Under the pieces are notes generated by a model, which saw only the letters and a program-made list of their open reading frames with translations, had not been told where the DNA came from and ran no database searches. A program made the position numbers and the translations under genes. From assembly GCA_965222615.1 (NCBI GenBank), contig CBDCUI010000008.1, positions 416,001-480,000 of the forward strand: a DNA stretch of 64,000 nucleotides. The letters are read 5' to 3'. This document shows, piece by piece, positions 29,480 to 39,313 of the stretch. How positions within the stretch are numbered: position 1 is the first letter of the stretch; every line of letters begins with the position of its first letter. The stretch is from Gammaproteobacteria bacterium (lineage in GTDB: Bacteria > Pseudomonadota > Gammaproteobacteria > UBA4575).

Positions 29480-30331
29480 ATGCAAACGATTGCTACGGTT
29501 GCCGCACTTCGTGAGCAAATTTCTGGGTGGAAACAAAACGGAGAAAAAATAATTTTTGTTCCGACCATGGGTAATTTACATGCGGGACACTTGGCACTTG
29601 TCAATTTTGCGAAAACACTTGGTGGAAAAGTCATTTGTAGTATTTTTGTCAATGCTCTGCAGTTTGATCGTGAGGATGATTTACAAGCGTATCCGCGTAC
29701 ACCACAACGTGATATAGCTATTTTAGAGAAGGTTGGTGTTGATCTAGTATTCATGCCTGAGCATGAAGAAATCTATTCCGAGCAAATCAAAAGTCAGATT
29801 AGTGCTCCTGAAAACCCATTAAATCAGCAATTTTGTGGAAAATTTCGGCCTGGTTTTTTCCAAGGTATTGTCGAAGTTGTTACCAGGCTGTTTCACATCG
29901 TGAAACCCGATGTTGCAATATTTGGCGAAAAAGACTACCAGCAATTAGTCATCATCAAGCAACTGGTTAAAACTCTTGGATTACCTGTACAAATTGAACA
30001 AGTCGCAACTCAGCGTGAAGGAGATGGTTTAGCATTAAGTTCGCGGAATTCATACTTGACTGAAGCAGAACGCCATATAGCCCCACGTTTGTACTCAGTA
30101 CTGTTAGGAATTAGCAAACAGATCGAAGAAGGTTGTCGGGATTTTGCCGAATTAGAAGCTCGGGCTGCAAAGCAGCTTACCAAGGTTGGATTTCAACCAG
30201 ATTATATTGCGATTCGAGATGCGAAAAATCTTGAAGAGGTTACTTATGACACTGATTTTATTGTGATTTTAGCAGCAGCCTGGTTAGGCAAGGCGCGTCT
30301 CATTGATAATGTGCTGTTACAAAATCCTTAA
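29480..30331 (+). CDS. panC: pantoate--beta-alanine ligase
   Basis: VPTMGNLHAGH, FGEKDYQQ, GLALSSRN, RLIDN. Confidence 0.97.
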   Translation: MQTIATVAALREQISGWKQNGEKIIFVPTMGNLHAGHLALVNFAKTLGGKVICSIFVNALQFDREDDLQAYPRTPQRDIAILEKVGVDLVFMPEHEEIYSEQIKSQISAPENPLNQQFCGKFRPGFFQGIVEVVTRLFHIVKPDVAIFGEKDYQQLVIIKQLVKTLGLPVQIEQVATQREGDGLALSSRNSYLTEAERHIAPRLYSVLLGISKQIEEGCRDFAELEARAAKQLTKVGFQPDYIAIRDAKNLEEVTYDTDFIVILAAAWLGKARLIDNVLLQNP

Positions 30332-30376
30332 ATCAGTATACTTTATGCAAAGAGTTATGTTCGTAAGGAGACAAAT

Positions 30377-30505
30377 ATGTGGGTCTTAGTCGTACTTTGC
30401 TTTGCGTTGGTGTTTATCATTACTGTAATTGGCCAATTAAGCGTATTTAATATGAGTGTTACCGAGCTTATAACATTCAAACGTGTGACGGATGAAAATT
30501 CCTAA
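30377..30505 (+). CDS. 42-aa single-TM small protein (absent from the ORF track)
   Basis: AAGGAG RBS 6 nt before ATG; MWVLVVLCFALVFIITVIGQLSVFNMSVTELITFKRVTDENS; followed by a terminator. Confidence 0.6.
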   Translation: MWVLVVLCFALVFIITVIGQLSVFNMSVTELITFKRVTDENS

Positions 30506-30526
30506 CCAATAAACAACGCATATTAT

Positions 30527-30557
30527 AAAGGGCGCTTTACTAGCGCCCTTATTTTTT
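30527..30557 (+). terminator. intrinsic terminator
   Basis: aagggcgct-ttact-agcgccctt followed by a T run. Confidence 0.8.
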
Positions 30558-30578
30558 GTGCATTACTATTGTTTTATT

Positions 30579-32156
30579 ATGCGCAAACCACTTCCTCAAT
30601 TAGTTAGTTACCAATCTTTGCGCCAACATGCGCTTGAAATTAAGTCGCAAACATTGCGCGAGATGTTTGCACAAGATTCAAATCGTTTTAGTTCATTTTC
30701 ACAAGAATTTAACCAGCTATTGTTAGATTATTCTAAAAACAGAATTACAAACGAAACGATTGAAAAACTCATTTTGTTATTAGAGGAATGTGAATTTGAT
30801 GCGTGGCGAGCAAAAATGTTTGCAGGAGAGGCAATCAATTTCACTGAAAATCGTGGTGTACAACATGCAGCTTTAAGAAATTTAGATGATCATTCATCTT
30901 CTTGGGGTAAAAAACAGCATGAAGTTTTGCAACAGATGCAAAAATTCGTTGATGAGGTTCATGCTGAGAATTTTACAGATGTTGTTAACCTAGGTATTGG
31001 AGGTTCGCATCTGGGGCCTATGATGGTCTGTGATGCCCTAGTCGATTTCGCCAAGCCTGGGCTAAATGTTCACTTCGTGGCAAATGTGGATGCCACTGAA
31101 ATCAACCGAGTGTTAAATAAACTCAATCCAGCTACGACGCTTTTCATAGTAACTTCAAAAAGTTTCACTACCCAGGAAACACTGGCTAATGCAAATACTG
31201 CAAAACAATGGTTGTGTAGTGATGAGCAAATAAAAAATGATCTAGCTAAACACTTTGTTGCCGTATCAGCGAATGTGGATAAGGCAAAGTCATTTGGAAT
31301 TTCACAAGAAAAAATATTTCCCATGTGGGATGAAGTTGGCGGACGATTCTCGTTATGGTCTGCGGTAGGCTTATCCATTGCTCTTTATATAGGGATGTCT
31401 AGCTTTAAAGAATTATTACGAGGTGCCAATGCAATGGACACGCATTTTAAAAATACCTCTGCAAAAGAGAATATACCTGTGTTACTGGCATTGTTAGAAA
31501 TTTGGAATCAGCATTTTTTAGATGCTTCAGTGAATGCTGTTTTACCTTACGATGTACGGTTGACATATTTACCGGCTTTTTTGCAGCAACTTGTTATGGA
31601 AAGTAACGGTAAATATGTAGATCGAGAAGGAAATGCCCTAGAAGTTCCAAGTTCACCCATCGTATTTGGAGATGTTGGCACAAATTCACAACATAGTTTT
31701 TTTCAACTTTTACATCAAGGCACACATAGCATAAGTTGTGATTTTATAGGGATTGCAAAAGCGAATCACAGTAATGAACATCAGCACAATATGCTATTGG
31801 CGAATATGATTGGGCAAACCCAAGCATTAATGCTGGGACAAACTCAAGAAGAAGTGCTCACACAGGGTGAAGAACAGTATCCCGCACATAAATTTTTTCC
31901 AGGCAATCGCGTTAGTAACATCATTTTATTGAAAGAACTAACGCCTCATACATTGGGACTATTGATCGCGATGTATGAACATAAAGTGTTTGTACAAGGG
32001 ATTATTCTAAATATAAATTCTTTTGATCAGATGGGTGTTGAACTGGGTAAAAGACTTGCAAATAAGTTGTTAGAAAAAATGCAAGATGAGGGAGAAGTTA
32101 CTGATCAAGACTCTTCCACAAATGGCCTCATAAATTTTTATAAGAAATACTCTTAA
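30579..32156 (+). CDS. pgi: glucose-6-phosphate isomerase
   Basis: GIGGSHLG, SKSFTTQET, WDEVGGRFSLWS, QQLVMESNGK, FDQMGVELGK. Confidence 0.97.
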   Translation: MRKPLPQLVSYQSLRQHALEIKSQTLREMFAQDSNRFSSFSQEFNQLLLDYSKNRITNETIEKLILLLEECEFDAWRAKMFAGEAINFTENRGVQHAALRNLDDHSSSWGKKQHEVLQQMQKFVDEVHAENFTDVVNLGIGGSHLGPMMVCDALVDFAKPGLNVHFVANVDATEINRVLNKLNPATTLFIVTSKSFTTQETLANANTAKQWLCSDEQIKNDLAKHFVAVSANVDKAKSFGISQEKIFPMWDEVGGRFSLWSAVGLSIALYIGMSSFKELLRGANAMDTHFKNTSAKENIPVLLALLEIWNQHFLDASVNAVLPYDVRLTYLPAFLQQLVMESNGKYVDREGNALEVPSSPIVFGDVGTNSQHSFFQLLHQGTHSISCDFIGIAKANHSNEHQHNMLLANMIGQTQALMLGQTQEEVLTQGEEQYPAHKFFPGNRVSNIILLKELTPHTLGLLIAMYEHKVFVQGIILNINSFDQMGVELGKRLANKLLEKMQDEGEVTDQDSSTNGLINFYKKYS

Positions 32157-32310
32157 TTTTTAGTATTGCTCAATTAAGGCAAGAAATGAGCGTTCAGTTT
32201 ATTCATTAATTTTCATCAGAATTATTTTTTTACTTAGCGTTTTATTAAAAAGACAATGTGCCCTTTAGCATGATGTGATGCGCGGATAAGTGTTGCTATA
32301 TTGGATTTTG

Positions 32311-32338
32311 ATGATTGCTCGAGCCCAAAGTGGACACT
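32311..32338. repeat. cassette-type palindrome D1
   Basis: atgattgctcgagcccaaagtggacact; shares caaagtggaca with C1; TGCTATATT upstream at 32294. Confidence 0.55.
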
Positions 32339-32500
32339 CAACTTGAGAGCTTTTTGAAAATAAACTGATCTTGCTCCCAAAAACAGTGAGGTAATTTTCA
32401 TATCTGACTCATATTGAAACTTTTTCACTTAACATTAACTCAAATGAAATGTAATACCCTAGCCACGGCATTAAAGCTCAAAATTAAAAAGGAAATACCA

Positions 32501-33235
32501 ATGTTGAAAATTTGTTTGAAATTTACCTTTACATTATTGTTTGTTGGGTTGATATTTGGGTTGAATGGTTGCGCTAGCTATACAACGCCAGGGGGAGGAG
32601 TACAGATAAACGAACTCGCAGAAGCAGACATCAACGAATTAATGTCTAAAGAACCAGCAGCAATTTTTCCTGCTAATATTTCAGTTGCACGTGTTCAAGC
32701 AGCAAATTACAGATCACATACTGCTGATAGCTTTGGAACAGGAAGATATAGTGTAGTAACTACCCGTGACGTAGAGTATGAAGAAGACTTCGTATATTTA
32801 TCAAAATTACTTAAAGTGAAAGGTATTGCGCCTGTAGGCCGCATTCTTTTGTCTAAAAATCTGGATAGAATTAAATCATTGAGGGAAGCATCAGCGAGAC
32901 TGAAAGCAGACATTCTTTTACTTTATACGTTTGATACTACTTTCCATGCTGGCGAGCAAAAATTCCTACCACTGAATGTAATTGCTTTAGGTTTTCTAAA
33001 AAATAAGCGAGTATCTGTAACCACAACAGCATCAGCAGCATTATTTGATATACGAACAGAATATTTGTATGGACTAGCTGAAGCAACTTCTAAGGAAAGC
33101 AAATTAGCAAGTGTGTGGAGTTCCGAAAATGCTGTTGATGATTTAAGGCTTACAGCAGAAAGAAGCGCGTTTGAAAAACTTTTACCAGAAATAGAAAAAA
33201 CATGGGGAGGAGTAGTCACTGAATATTCTAAGTAA
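32501..33235 (+). CDS. hypothetical lipoprotein, cassette-like gene
   Basis: AAGGA RBS, signal peptide with LNGC lipobox. Confidence 0.75.
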   Translation: MLKICLKFTFTLLFVGLIFGLNGCASYTTPGGGVQINELAEADINELMSKEPAAIFPANISVARVQAANYRSHTADSFGTGRYSVVTTRDVEYEEDFVYLSKLLKVKGIAPVGRILLSKNLDRIKSLREASARLKADILLLYTFDTTFHAGEQKFLPLNVIALGFLKNKRVSVTTTASAALFDIRTEYLYGLAEATSKESKLASVWSSENAVDDLRLTAERSAFEKLLPEIEKTWGGVVTEYSK

Positions 33236-33250
33236 TTTCGTTTAGACTTT

Positions 33251-33306
33251 CCCATCCAACTTGGTGAGCAACATTGGCCGGCATGTTGCTCACCAAGTTG
33301 GATGGG
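33251..33306. repeat. perfect 24-bp inverted repeat related to the 7073-7218 element
   Basis: cccatccaacttggtgagcaacat-tggccggc-atgttgctcaccaagttggatggg. Confidence 0.9.
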
Positions 33307-33338
33307 TGTCATTAGGAGGTGCTATATTTTAATTTTTT

Positions 33339-33367
33339 ATTGTCGACAGAGACTCAAAGTGGACATA
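33339..33367. repeat. cassette-type palindrome C1
   Basis: attgtcgacagagactcaaagtggacata; TGCTATATT upstream at 33320. Confidence 0.55.
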
Positions 33368-33427
33368 ATTAGATAATCAGTTTGCTAATTTTGTTATGCG
33401 ATTAATTACAAGTATTAGGAAAATAGA

Positions 33428-33718
33428 ATGGAATATAAATTTCAAGTAGAAAATATCAGATGCGGTGGATGTGCAAATACCATTACAAAAAAATTGAGAG
33501 AAATAAACGGGGTAAAGGACGTACATGTAAATGTTGAAGACAAACAGGTTATTGTTACTACCGAGCCAACTATCGATGCCGAAATTCATCATATTCTTAG
33601 TGAAAAACTTGTTAAATTAGGCTACCCAGAAGTAGGAACAATAGGGTCAAATAGTCTCAAGACCAAGGCGACTTCTGTGGTCAGCTGCGCCATAGGCAAA
33701 GTTTCAAACAAAAGTTAA
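33428..33718 (+). CDS. heavy-metal-associated (HMA/CopZ-like) domain protein
   Basis: VENIRCGGCANTI CxxC motif, LGYP, C-terminal VSCAIG. Confidence 0.88.
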   Translation: MEYKFQVENIRCGGCANTITKKLREINGVKDVHVNVEDKQVIVTTEPTIDAEIHHILSEKLVKLGYPEVGTIGSNSLKTKATSVVSCAIGKVSNKS

Positions 33719-33749
33719 GTATGTAAAATGACCGCTAGTGACTGCTACC

Positions 33750-33851
33750 TTAACCGATCGAAGCAACACATTGGCTAAATCGTTCTGCTGGTGTTTCAAA
33801 ATCTAAAGTTTGCCTGGGTCGTTCAATCAATTGCCTAGTGACGTGATTTAA
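33750..33851 (-). pseudogene. IS30-family transposase C-terminal remnant with adjacent IS end
   Basis: Translates LNHVTRQLIERPRQTLDFETPAERFSQCVASIG*, matching the IS30 C-terminal LN.RPRK.L.F.TP.E motif; no start or N-terminal part. Confidence 0.8.
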
Positions 33852-33870
33852 AATTCATAACATTATTAAT

Positions 33871-34935
33871 TTATATAGCGCTGTGTTGTTCTAGCGCCCA
33901 TTCCACATGTTCGCGTACTAATTCACTTGGATGGTTCTGTTTTTCCTTTAAGGCATTAATTACTTCAGTTGTATGAGGTGCGTTACCCAGCGCAACAGCA
34001 ATATTTCTCAGCCAGCATTCATAGCTGATACGACGAATTGCTGAACCTTCTGTGTTCTTTAGAAACTTTTGTTCACTCCATTTAAATAACTCAATCAGAT
34101 TTGGTGCATCTAAATTGTTGCGCGTAACAAAATCTGCAAGCTCGCTTTTTTTCTCGAATCGATTCCAGGGGCAATAGAGTTGGCAGTCATCACAGCCATA
34201 AATACGATTTCCCATCGCCTTTCTAAACTCAACCGGGATGGCTTCTTTCAACTCAATGGTGTGATAGGAGATGCAACGTCGCGCATCTAATTTGTATGGC
34301 CCGATGATGGCCTGTGTGGGACAGACATCCATGCATGTGCTACATGTGCCACAATGATTTTCAACTGGTTCGTCAATGGGCAAAGGCAAGTCTGTGTAGA
34401 GTTCGCCTAGAAAAAACCAAGAACCACATTCGCGACTGATTAAGTTGGTGTGTTTTCCAATCCAACCAAGTCCAGCTTTTTCTGCCAAGGCTTTTTCTAA
34501 AACAGGTGCGCTATCTACAAAGGCTCGATAGCCAAATGTACCGACTTTGGCTTCGACACGTTCAGCCAATTTTTGTAAACGCTTGCGAATAACTTTGTGA
34601 TAATCACGTCCTAATGCATAGCGCGAAATATAAGCTTGGTTTTTGTTTGCTAATACCTCTTCTTCATTTTTTGCATCTGGCGCTTGATAATTGATGCGAG
34701 CAGAAATGATGCGAATCGTACCAGGAATTAATTTTTCTGGTTGAGAACGTTTTGTGCCATGTTTGCTCATATAGTCCATGCTTCCATGGTGATTGGCTGC
34801 TAACCAATTTAGTAAATGCGTTTCATGGTCATTCAACTTAGTATCCGTAATACCAAGTTCATCAAATCCAAGTGCTTTCCCCCAGGATTTTATTTGTTGG
34901 GCTAATTCGGAAAAATCTGAAATCGATGGGTTCAT
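33871..34935 (-). CDS. queG: epoxyqueuosine reductase
   Basis: SRYALGRDYH, VDSAPVLE, CGTCSTCMDVCPT, YGCDDCQLYCPWN. Confidence 0.97.
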   Translation of the reverse strand: MNPSISDFSELAQQIKSWGKALGFDELGITDTKLNDHETHLLNWLAANHHGSMDYMSKHGTKRSQPEKLIPGTIRIISARINYQAPDAKNEEEVLANKNQAYISRYALGRDYHKVIRKRLQKLAERVEAKVGTFGYRAFVDSAPVLEKALAEKAGLGWIGKHTNLISRECGSWFFLGELYTDLPLPIDEPVENHCGTCSTCMDVCPTQAIIGPYKLDARRCISYHTIELKEAIPVEFRKAMGNRIYGCDDCQLYCPWNRFEKKSELADFVTRNNLDAPNLIELFKWSEQKFLKNTEGSAIRRISYECWLRNIAVALGNAPHTTEVINALKEKQNHPSELVREHVEWALEQHSAI

Positions 34936-34987
34936 TTACCTAAATGTTGCATTTATGCTTCTGACTATGCTTACGTAGTATTCAATT

Positions 34988-36478
34988 ATGTACGACATTC
35001 CTAAAGAAATTTATCTCGCAAAACAAGTCCGTGAACTGGATTGCATTGCTATTGAGCAGTTTCAGGTACCTAGTTTTACCCTAATGCATCGAGCCGGGCA
35101 GGCTGCCTTTGAGGTAATACAGGAAATTTGGCCAAATACTCAAGAAATTATCGTATTAGCTGGAGCAGGCAATAATGGTGGGGATGGCTATGTCATTGCC
35201 AGCTTGGCGCTGACGGCAAATATTCGAGTAACGGTTGTCCAAGTAGGCGATCATACAAGGCTTCAAGGAGATGCCAAACAAGCTCACGACCTATATGTTG
35301 AACAAGGCGGTCAATGCAATACGTTTAAACACCAGCCGTTACCGGATTGCGATCTAATCGTGGATGCCTTGTTGGGCACGGGGATTACTCGTTCTGTGAA
35401 AGATGATTTTAAGGCAGCAATCCAATTGGCTAATGAGCATAGTGCCCCAGTTTTAAGTGCAGACATTCCCTCCGGTTTGGATGCGAATCGTGGAATTCCA
35501 CTTGGAGATGCAATAATTGCCGATGCCACGGTTAGTTTTGTTGGTATGAAGTTAGGCTTGCTTACCGGAGCAGGCAGGAAATACTCAGGTAAAATATATT
35601 TTAGTGATTTACAAATTCCAAAAGAAGTTTATCAGTCTATGAGCGCAACCTGCCATAACATCGATCTTGCCGATTTGCATGAAAAACTAGGTCCGCGTAG
35701 TGCAAGTGCACACAAGGGAGATTTTGGTCATGTAGTATTGATTGGGGGCAATCAAGGTTACGCTGGTTCTATCATGTTGACTGCAGAAGCGGCATTAAGA
35801 GTAGGAAGTGGTTTGGTATCTGTGGCTACACATCCAGCAAATGCAGCTGGGGCACAGCATTCATGCCGAGAAGTAATGGCGCATGCTGTCTCGAATGTAC
35901 GAGAACTCGATGCATTATTAAAACGTGCGACGGTAATCGCAATTGGTCCAGGGCTTGGACAAGACCAATGGGCACGAGATTTATTTATGCGTGTTTTAGA
36001 TTTTGATTTGCCGTTAATACTAGATGCCGATGCCCTAAATTTATTGGCACAAGAACCGCTGCAAAAAGATAATTGGGTGTTAACTCCCCATCCGGGTGAA
36101 GCGGCTCGCTTATTACAAAAAGAAACAACAGAAATTCAACAACAGCGCCTTGAATCAGTTCAACAACTGCAACAACAGTATGGTGGTATCGGCGTATTAA
36201 AAGGTAGTGGTACGTTAATTGCCTGTAGCGAACAGGTTTCTATATGTACGGCAGGTAATCCAGGTATGGCCACTGGCGGTATGGGTGATGTGCTAACAGG
36301 TGTTATTGCTGGGTTAGCTGCACAAGGTCTCAATACTTATGATGCAGCGAGATTAGCTGTGCAATTGCATGCACAGAGTGCAGATATAGCAGCACAACAA
36401 GGCATGCGTGGAATACTTGCCAGTGATTTGTTTTCACCTTTGCGTACCCTTGTTAATGTTAATGCACCATGCAATTAA
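34988..36478 (+). CDS. nnr: bifunctional NAD(P)HX epimerase/dehydratase
   Basis: GAGNNGGDG, DIPSG, HKGDFG, LTPHPGEAARL, GGMGDVLTG. Confidence 0.96.
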   Translation: MYDIPKEIYLAKQVRELDCIAIEQFQVPSFTLMHRAGQAAFEVIQEIWPNTQEIIVLAGAGNNGGDGYVIASLALTANIRVTVVQVGDHTRLQGDAKQAHDLYVEQGGQCNTFKHQPLPDCDLIVDALLGTGITRSVKDDFKAAIQLANEHSAPVLSADIPSGLDANRGIPLGDAIIADATVSFVGMKLGLLTGAGRKYSGKIYFSDLQIPKEVYQSMSATCHNIDLADLHEKLGPRSASAHKGDFGHVVLIGGNQGYAGSIMLTAEAALRVGSGLVSVATHPANAAGAQHSCREVMAHAVSNVRELDALLKRATVIAIGPGLGQDQWARDLFMRVLDFDLPLILDADALNLLAQEPLQKDNWVLTPHPGEAARLLQKETTEIQQQRLESVQQLQQQYGGIGVLKGSGTLIACSEQVSICTAGNPGMATGGMGDVLTGVIAGLAAQGLNTYDAARLAVQLHAQSADIAAQQGMRGILASDLFSPLRTLVNVNAPCN

Positions 36479-36912
36479 TTGGGCCAAGTGCCACTGAAGC
36501 CTTAGGTGCAAAGGTCGCAAAATATTGCTCACCTCCTGTGATTATTTATTTGATTGGTGAATTAGGCAGTGGTAAAACGACTTTCGCGCGTGGATTTATT
36601 CATTCACTTGGCCATACCGGCAATGTCAAAAGTCCCACGTTTACTTTAGCCGAAACCTACAACCTTAACGGCGTAACGCTTTATCACTTTGACTTGTATC
36701 GTCTGCAGGATCCAACAGAACTAGAGTATTTAGGCATACGAGATATCGCAGCAGAGCCGGATACAATTTGCCTCATCGAATGGCCACAGCACGGTGGTGA
36801 GGGTGTACCCAAGGCCGATTTATTGTTTACCTTTGAGCACCAAGGAGAGAATCGATCAGCGTCGTTCCAGGCCAAATCCTCTCGTGGACAGTCCATTATC
36901 AGCCAATTATAA
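36469..36912 (+). CDS. tsaE: tRNA t6A biosynthesis ATPase TsaE
   Basis: GELGSGKTTF, VKSPTFTL, HFDLYRL, IEWP. Confidence 0.96.
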   Translation: MQLIGPSATEALGAKVAKYCSPPVIIYLIGELGSGKTTFARGFIHSLGHTGNVKSPTFTLAETYNLNGVTLYHFDLYRLQDPTELEYLGIRDIAAEPDTICLIEWPQHGGEGVPKADLLFTFEHQGENRSASFQAKSSRGQSIISQL

Positions 36913-37032
36913 GGTCAGACTATAAAAAATTGCCCTAGGTCATTAGTTTTATTAAAGTTGTTGTTGCAATTTTATAAAAATTTGTCACACTTTCTCCACG
37001 GTTTCAGGATCTTAGGTCGCTCACCTTCAAAT

Positions 37033-38436
37033 ATGCAGCCATTCAAAAACCTAAATTTGCCTACAAATTGGGTACACCAGCGTTATCGGCTTTGGTTTCA
37101 ATTACTAGCTTTATTGTTGTGCTTGACTAGTTATTCAGTTCTTGCGGCCACTGGAATCACAAAAATAAACGATGTGCGCATCGCCGATCGCCAAGAGAAT
37201 ACGCGAATCGTTTTTGATTTATCATCCGCTACCGATCATCACGTATTTGTACTTAGAAATCCTGATCGAGTCGTACTTGATATTGATAATTGCAGTGCCA
37301 ATGGCAAGTTAAATACGACTCGAGTTGCAGGAACTTTGTTAAAAGAAATGCGCTATGCACAAAAGTCGGGTGAGAAATTACGCGTGGTATTTGATTTAAA
37401 TAAAGCGGTAGTTCCAAAGAGTTTTTTGCTGGCACCCTCTAGCAACAATAATCATCGTTTAGTAATAGATTTAACCGCGGCTAATGCAGCACCAGGTACA
37501 AGTAAATCAGTCATATCTGCAAAAACTGCTCCAGTCATTGAGGCTAAAGCGATTCCAGAAAATTTCCGTGATGTTGTTATCGCGATTGATGCTGGGCATG
37601 GCGGTAAAGATCCTGGTGCAATTGGTCGTGGTGGAACGCGCGAAAAAGACATTGTGCTGTCGATATCAAAACGACTTAAATCTCTTATCGATAAAGAAAA
37701 AGGTATGCGCGCTGTCTTAATTCGAAGTAATGATTCTTTTATTCCTTTAAGAGGCCGAATTAAAAAGGCAAACAAAGTGAGTGCAGATGTATTCATCTCT
37801 ATTCATGCCGATGCTGCAGTAAATCGTAATGCGCGTGGCTCGTCGGTATATGTATTGTCACAACATGGCGCAACCAGTGAAGCAGCACGGATCTTGGCAC
37901 AGCGTGAAAATGAAGCCGACAAAATTGGTGGTGTGAGTCTGGAAGATAAAGATGCGGTCCTCAAATCGGTATTAGTCGATTTATCTCAGACGGCAACGAT
38001 TGATGCCAGTATTGATTTGGCAGAAGACATTCTCACAGAGTTGGGTCAAGTGGGGAGAGTGTTACGTAATCGTGTGGAGCAAGCGGGTTTCGCAGTATTA
38101 AAGTCCCCGGATATTCCATCGGTGTTAGTCGAAACGGCCTTCATTTCTAACCCACAAGAAGAAAAGCGCCTTAAAAACAGTAAACATCAACAAGACTTAG
38201 CACAGGCAGTGTTAAAGGGCTTGCGCCGTTACCTGAAAGATCACTCTCCTAGTGACGCATTGCTAGCGAATTTAGGTAGGAGTAGTCGACATACCATACG
38301 ACGTGGCGAGACCTTATCTGGAATTGCAAATCGTTATCAAGTGAGTATTGTCACCTTGCGCAAAGTAAACGAACTTAAGTCAGATGTAATTCGAGTAGGG
38401 CAAGTGTTGATGATCCCACCTTCGACAGGCACTTAG
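37033..38436 (+). CDS. amiB: N-acetylmuramoyl-L-alanine amidase (AMIN + Amidase_3 + LysM)
   Basis: IDAGHGGKDPGA, SIHADA, VLKSPDIPSVLVET, C-terminal LysM; start uncertain. Confidence 0.92.
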   Translation: MQPFKNLNLPTNWVHQRYRLWFQLLALLLCLTSYSVLAATGITKINDVRIADRQENTRIVFDLSSATDHHVFVLRNPDRVVLDIDNCSANGKLNTTRVAGTLLKEMRYAQKSGEKLRVVFDLNKAVVPKSFLLAPSSNNNHRLVIDLTAANAAPGTSKSVISAKTAPVIEAKAIPENFRDVVIAIDAGHGGKDPGAIGRGGTREKDIVLSISKRLKSLIDKEKGMRAVLIRSNDSFIPLRGRIKKANKVSADVFISIHADAAVNRNARGSSVYVLSQHGATSEAARILAQRENEADKIGGVSLEDKDAVLKSVLVDLSQTATIDASIDLAEDILTELGQVGRVLRNRVEQAGFAVLKSPDIPSVLVETAFISNPQEEKRLKNSKHQQDLAQAVLKGLRRYLKDHSPSDALLANLGRSSRHTIRRGETLSGIANRYQVSIVTLRKVNELKSDVIRVGQVLMIPPSTGT

Positions 38437-38451
38437 TTTCCGCTGATAGAA

Positions 38452-38483
38452 AATGTCTGTTCGCGGCTGATAGTAGTTATTCA
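38452..38483. repeat. cassette-type palindrome B1
   Basis: aatgtctgttcgcggctgatagtagttattca, 11 nt beyond the globin stop. Confidence 0.55.
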
Positions 38484-38494
38484 AGTAACTTGAA

Positions 38495-39280
38495 TTAGCT
38501 TTTCTTTTTTGCTCTTTGAAGCTGCATGGATTCGATCATGGTTGAAAATTTCTGGTTTAACTCATTTTTTAGATCATCCTCAATTCCTACATTGGTCATG
38601 GCGATATTCATACAGTGCAGCCACTGTTGTTTGTTTCTTTCGCTTAATTCGAATCTACGATGACGTAATTCTAACCAGGTAATATTTACATACTGTTCTC
38701 CAAATAGTTCAGGTCCACCCAGCCAGTGAGTGATAAATTTAGCTAAGGCTTTTTTTGACATAAATAAGTTTTTCGGATGTAAGTCTCGCAACTCTTTTGC
38801 AAAAGGCTCTTTTTCCATTGTATCGTAAAACTCACTCGTTAATTCTTGCACCTTGGATAAACTACCAATTTTCTCAAACAACGATTCCTTTTTAACTGAC
38901 GCTTCCCCTGTTTCAACTATATCGGTTTTTGTGCTTTCGAATAAATCTAAAATCTCTTCTCGTTCTCTACTAGGAACCTTATGTCTATCCAATGTGTCTG
39001 CAACATAGGTGATAAAGATAAGCCAATCTTTTTGGGTAATACCCATGTCCTTATGCGCAGTCTTATTATCGCGTCCTGTATAATGCTCTGGTCCACCGGT
39101 ACTTGAGCACAAATAGTCAAGAAGGTATTCTTTATTTTTATTTATTCCATCTTCACATTTGCATTCCCAGTACTTACTCAATTCAGGGTCTGCTATAATT
39201 TGTGAGAATAAATTATTTGTGATTGTAGAAATCGTTTCACGACCACCTAATCTTGAATATAAAGTGCTGTCGTTGCTCAT
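38495..39280 (-). CDS. tandem truncated hemoglobin (group I-like + group II-like domains)
   Basis: TLYSRLGG...TGGPEHYTGRD..TAHKDMGIT, then SLFEKIG...FYDTM...WLGGP...LRHRRF...WLHCM. Confidence 0.85.
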   Translation of the reverse strand: MSNDSTLYSRLGGRETISTITNNLFSQIIADPELSKYWECKCEDGINKNKEYLLDYLCSSTGGPEHYTGRDNKTAHKDMGITQKDWLIFITYVADTLDRHKVPSREREEILDLFESTKTDIVETGEASVKKESLFEKIGSLSKVQELTSEFYDTMEKEPFAKELRDLHPKNLFMSKKALAKFITHWLGGPELFGEQYVNITWLELRHRRFELSERNKQQWLHCMNIAMTNVGIEDDLKNELNQKFSTMIESMQLQRAKKKS

Positions 39281-39313
39281 TACCAGTATTCCTTACGTTT
39301 CTATGATAATAGG

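Noticed and set aside
32923-33312. 129-aa minus-strand ORF
   Set aside because: It is antisense to the lipoprotein gene and begins in the palindromic repeat.
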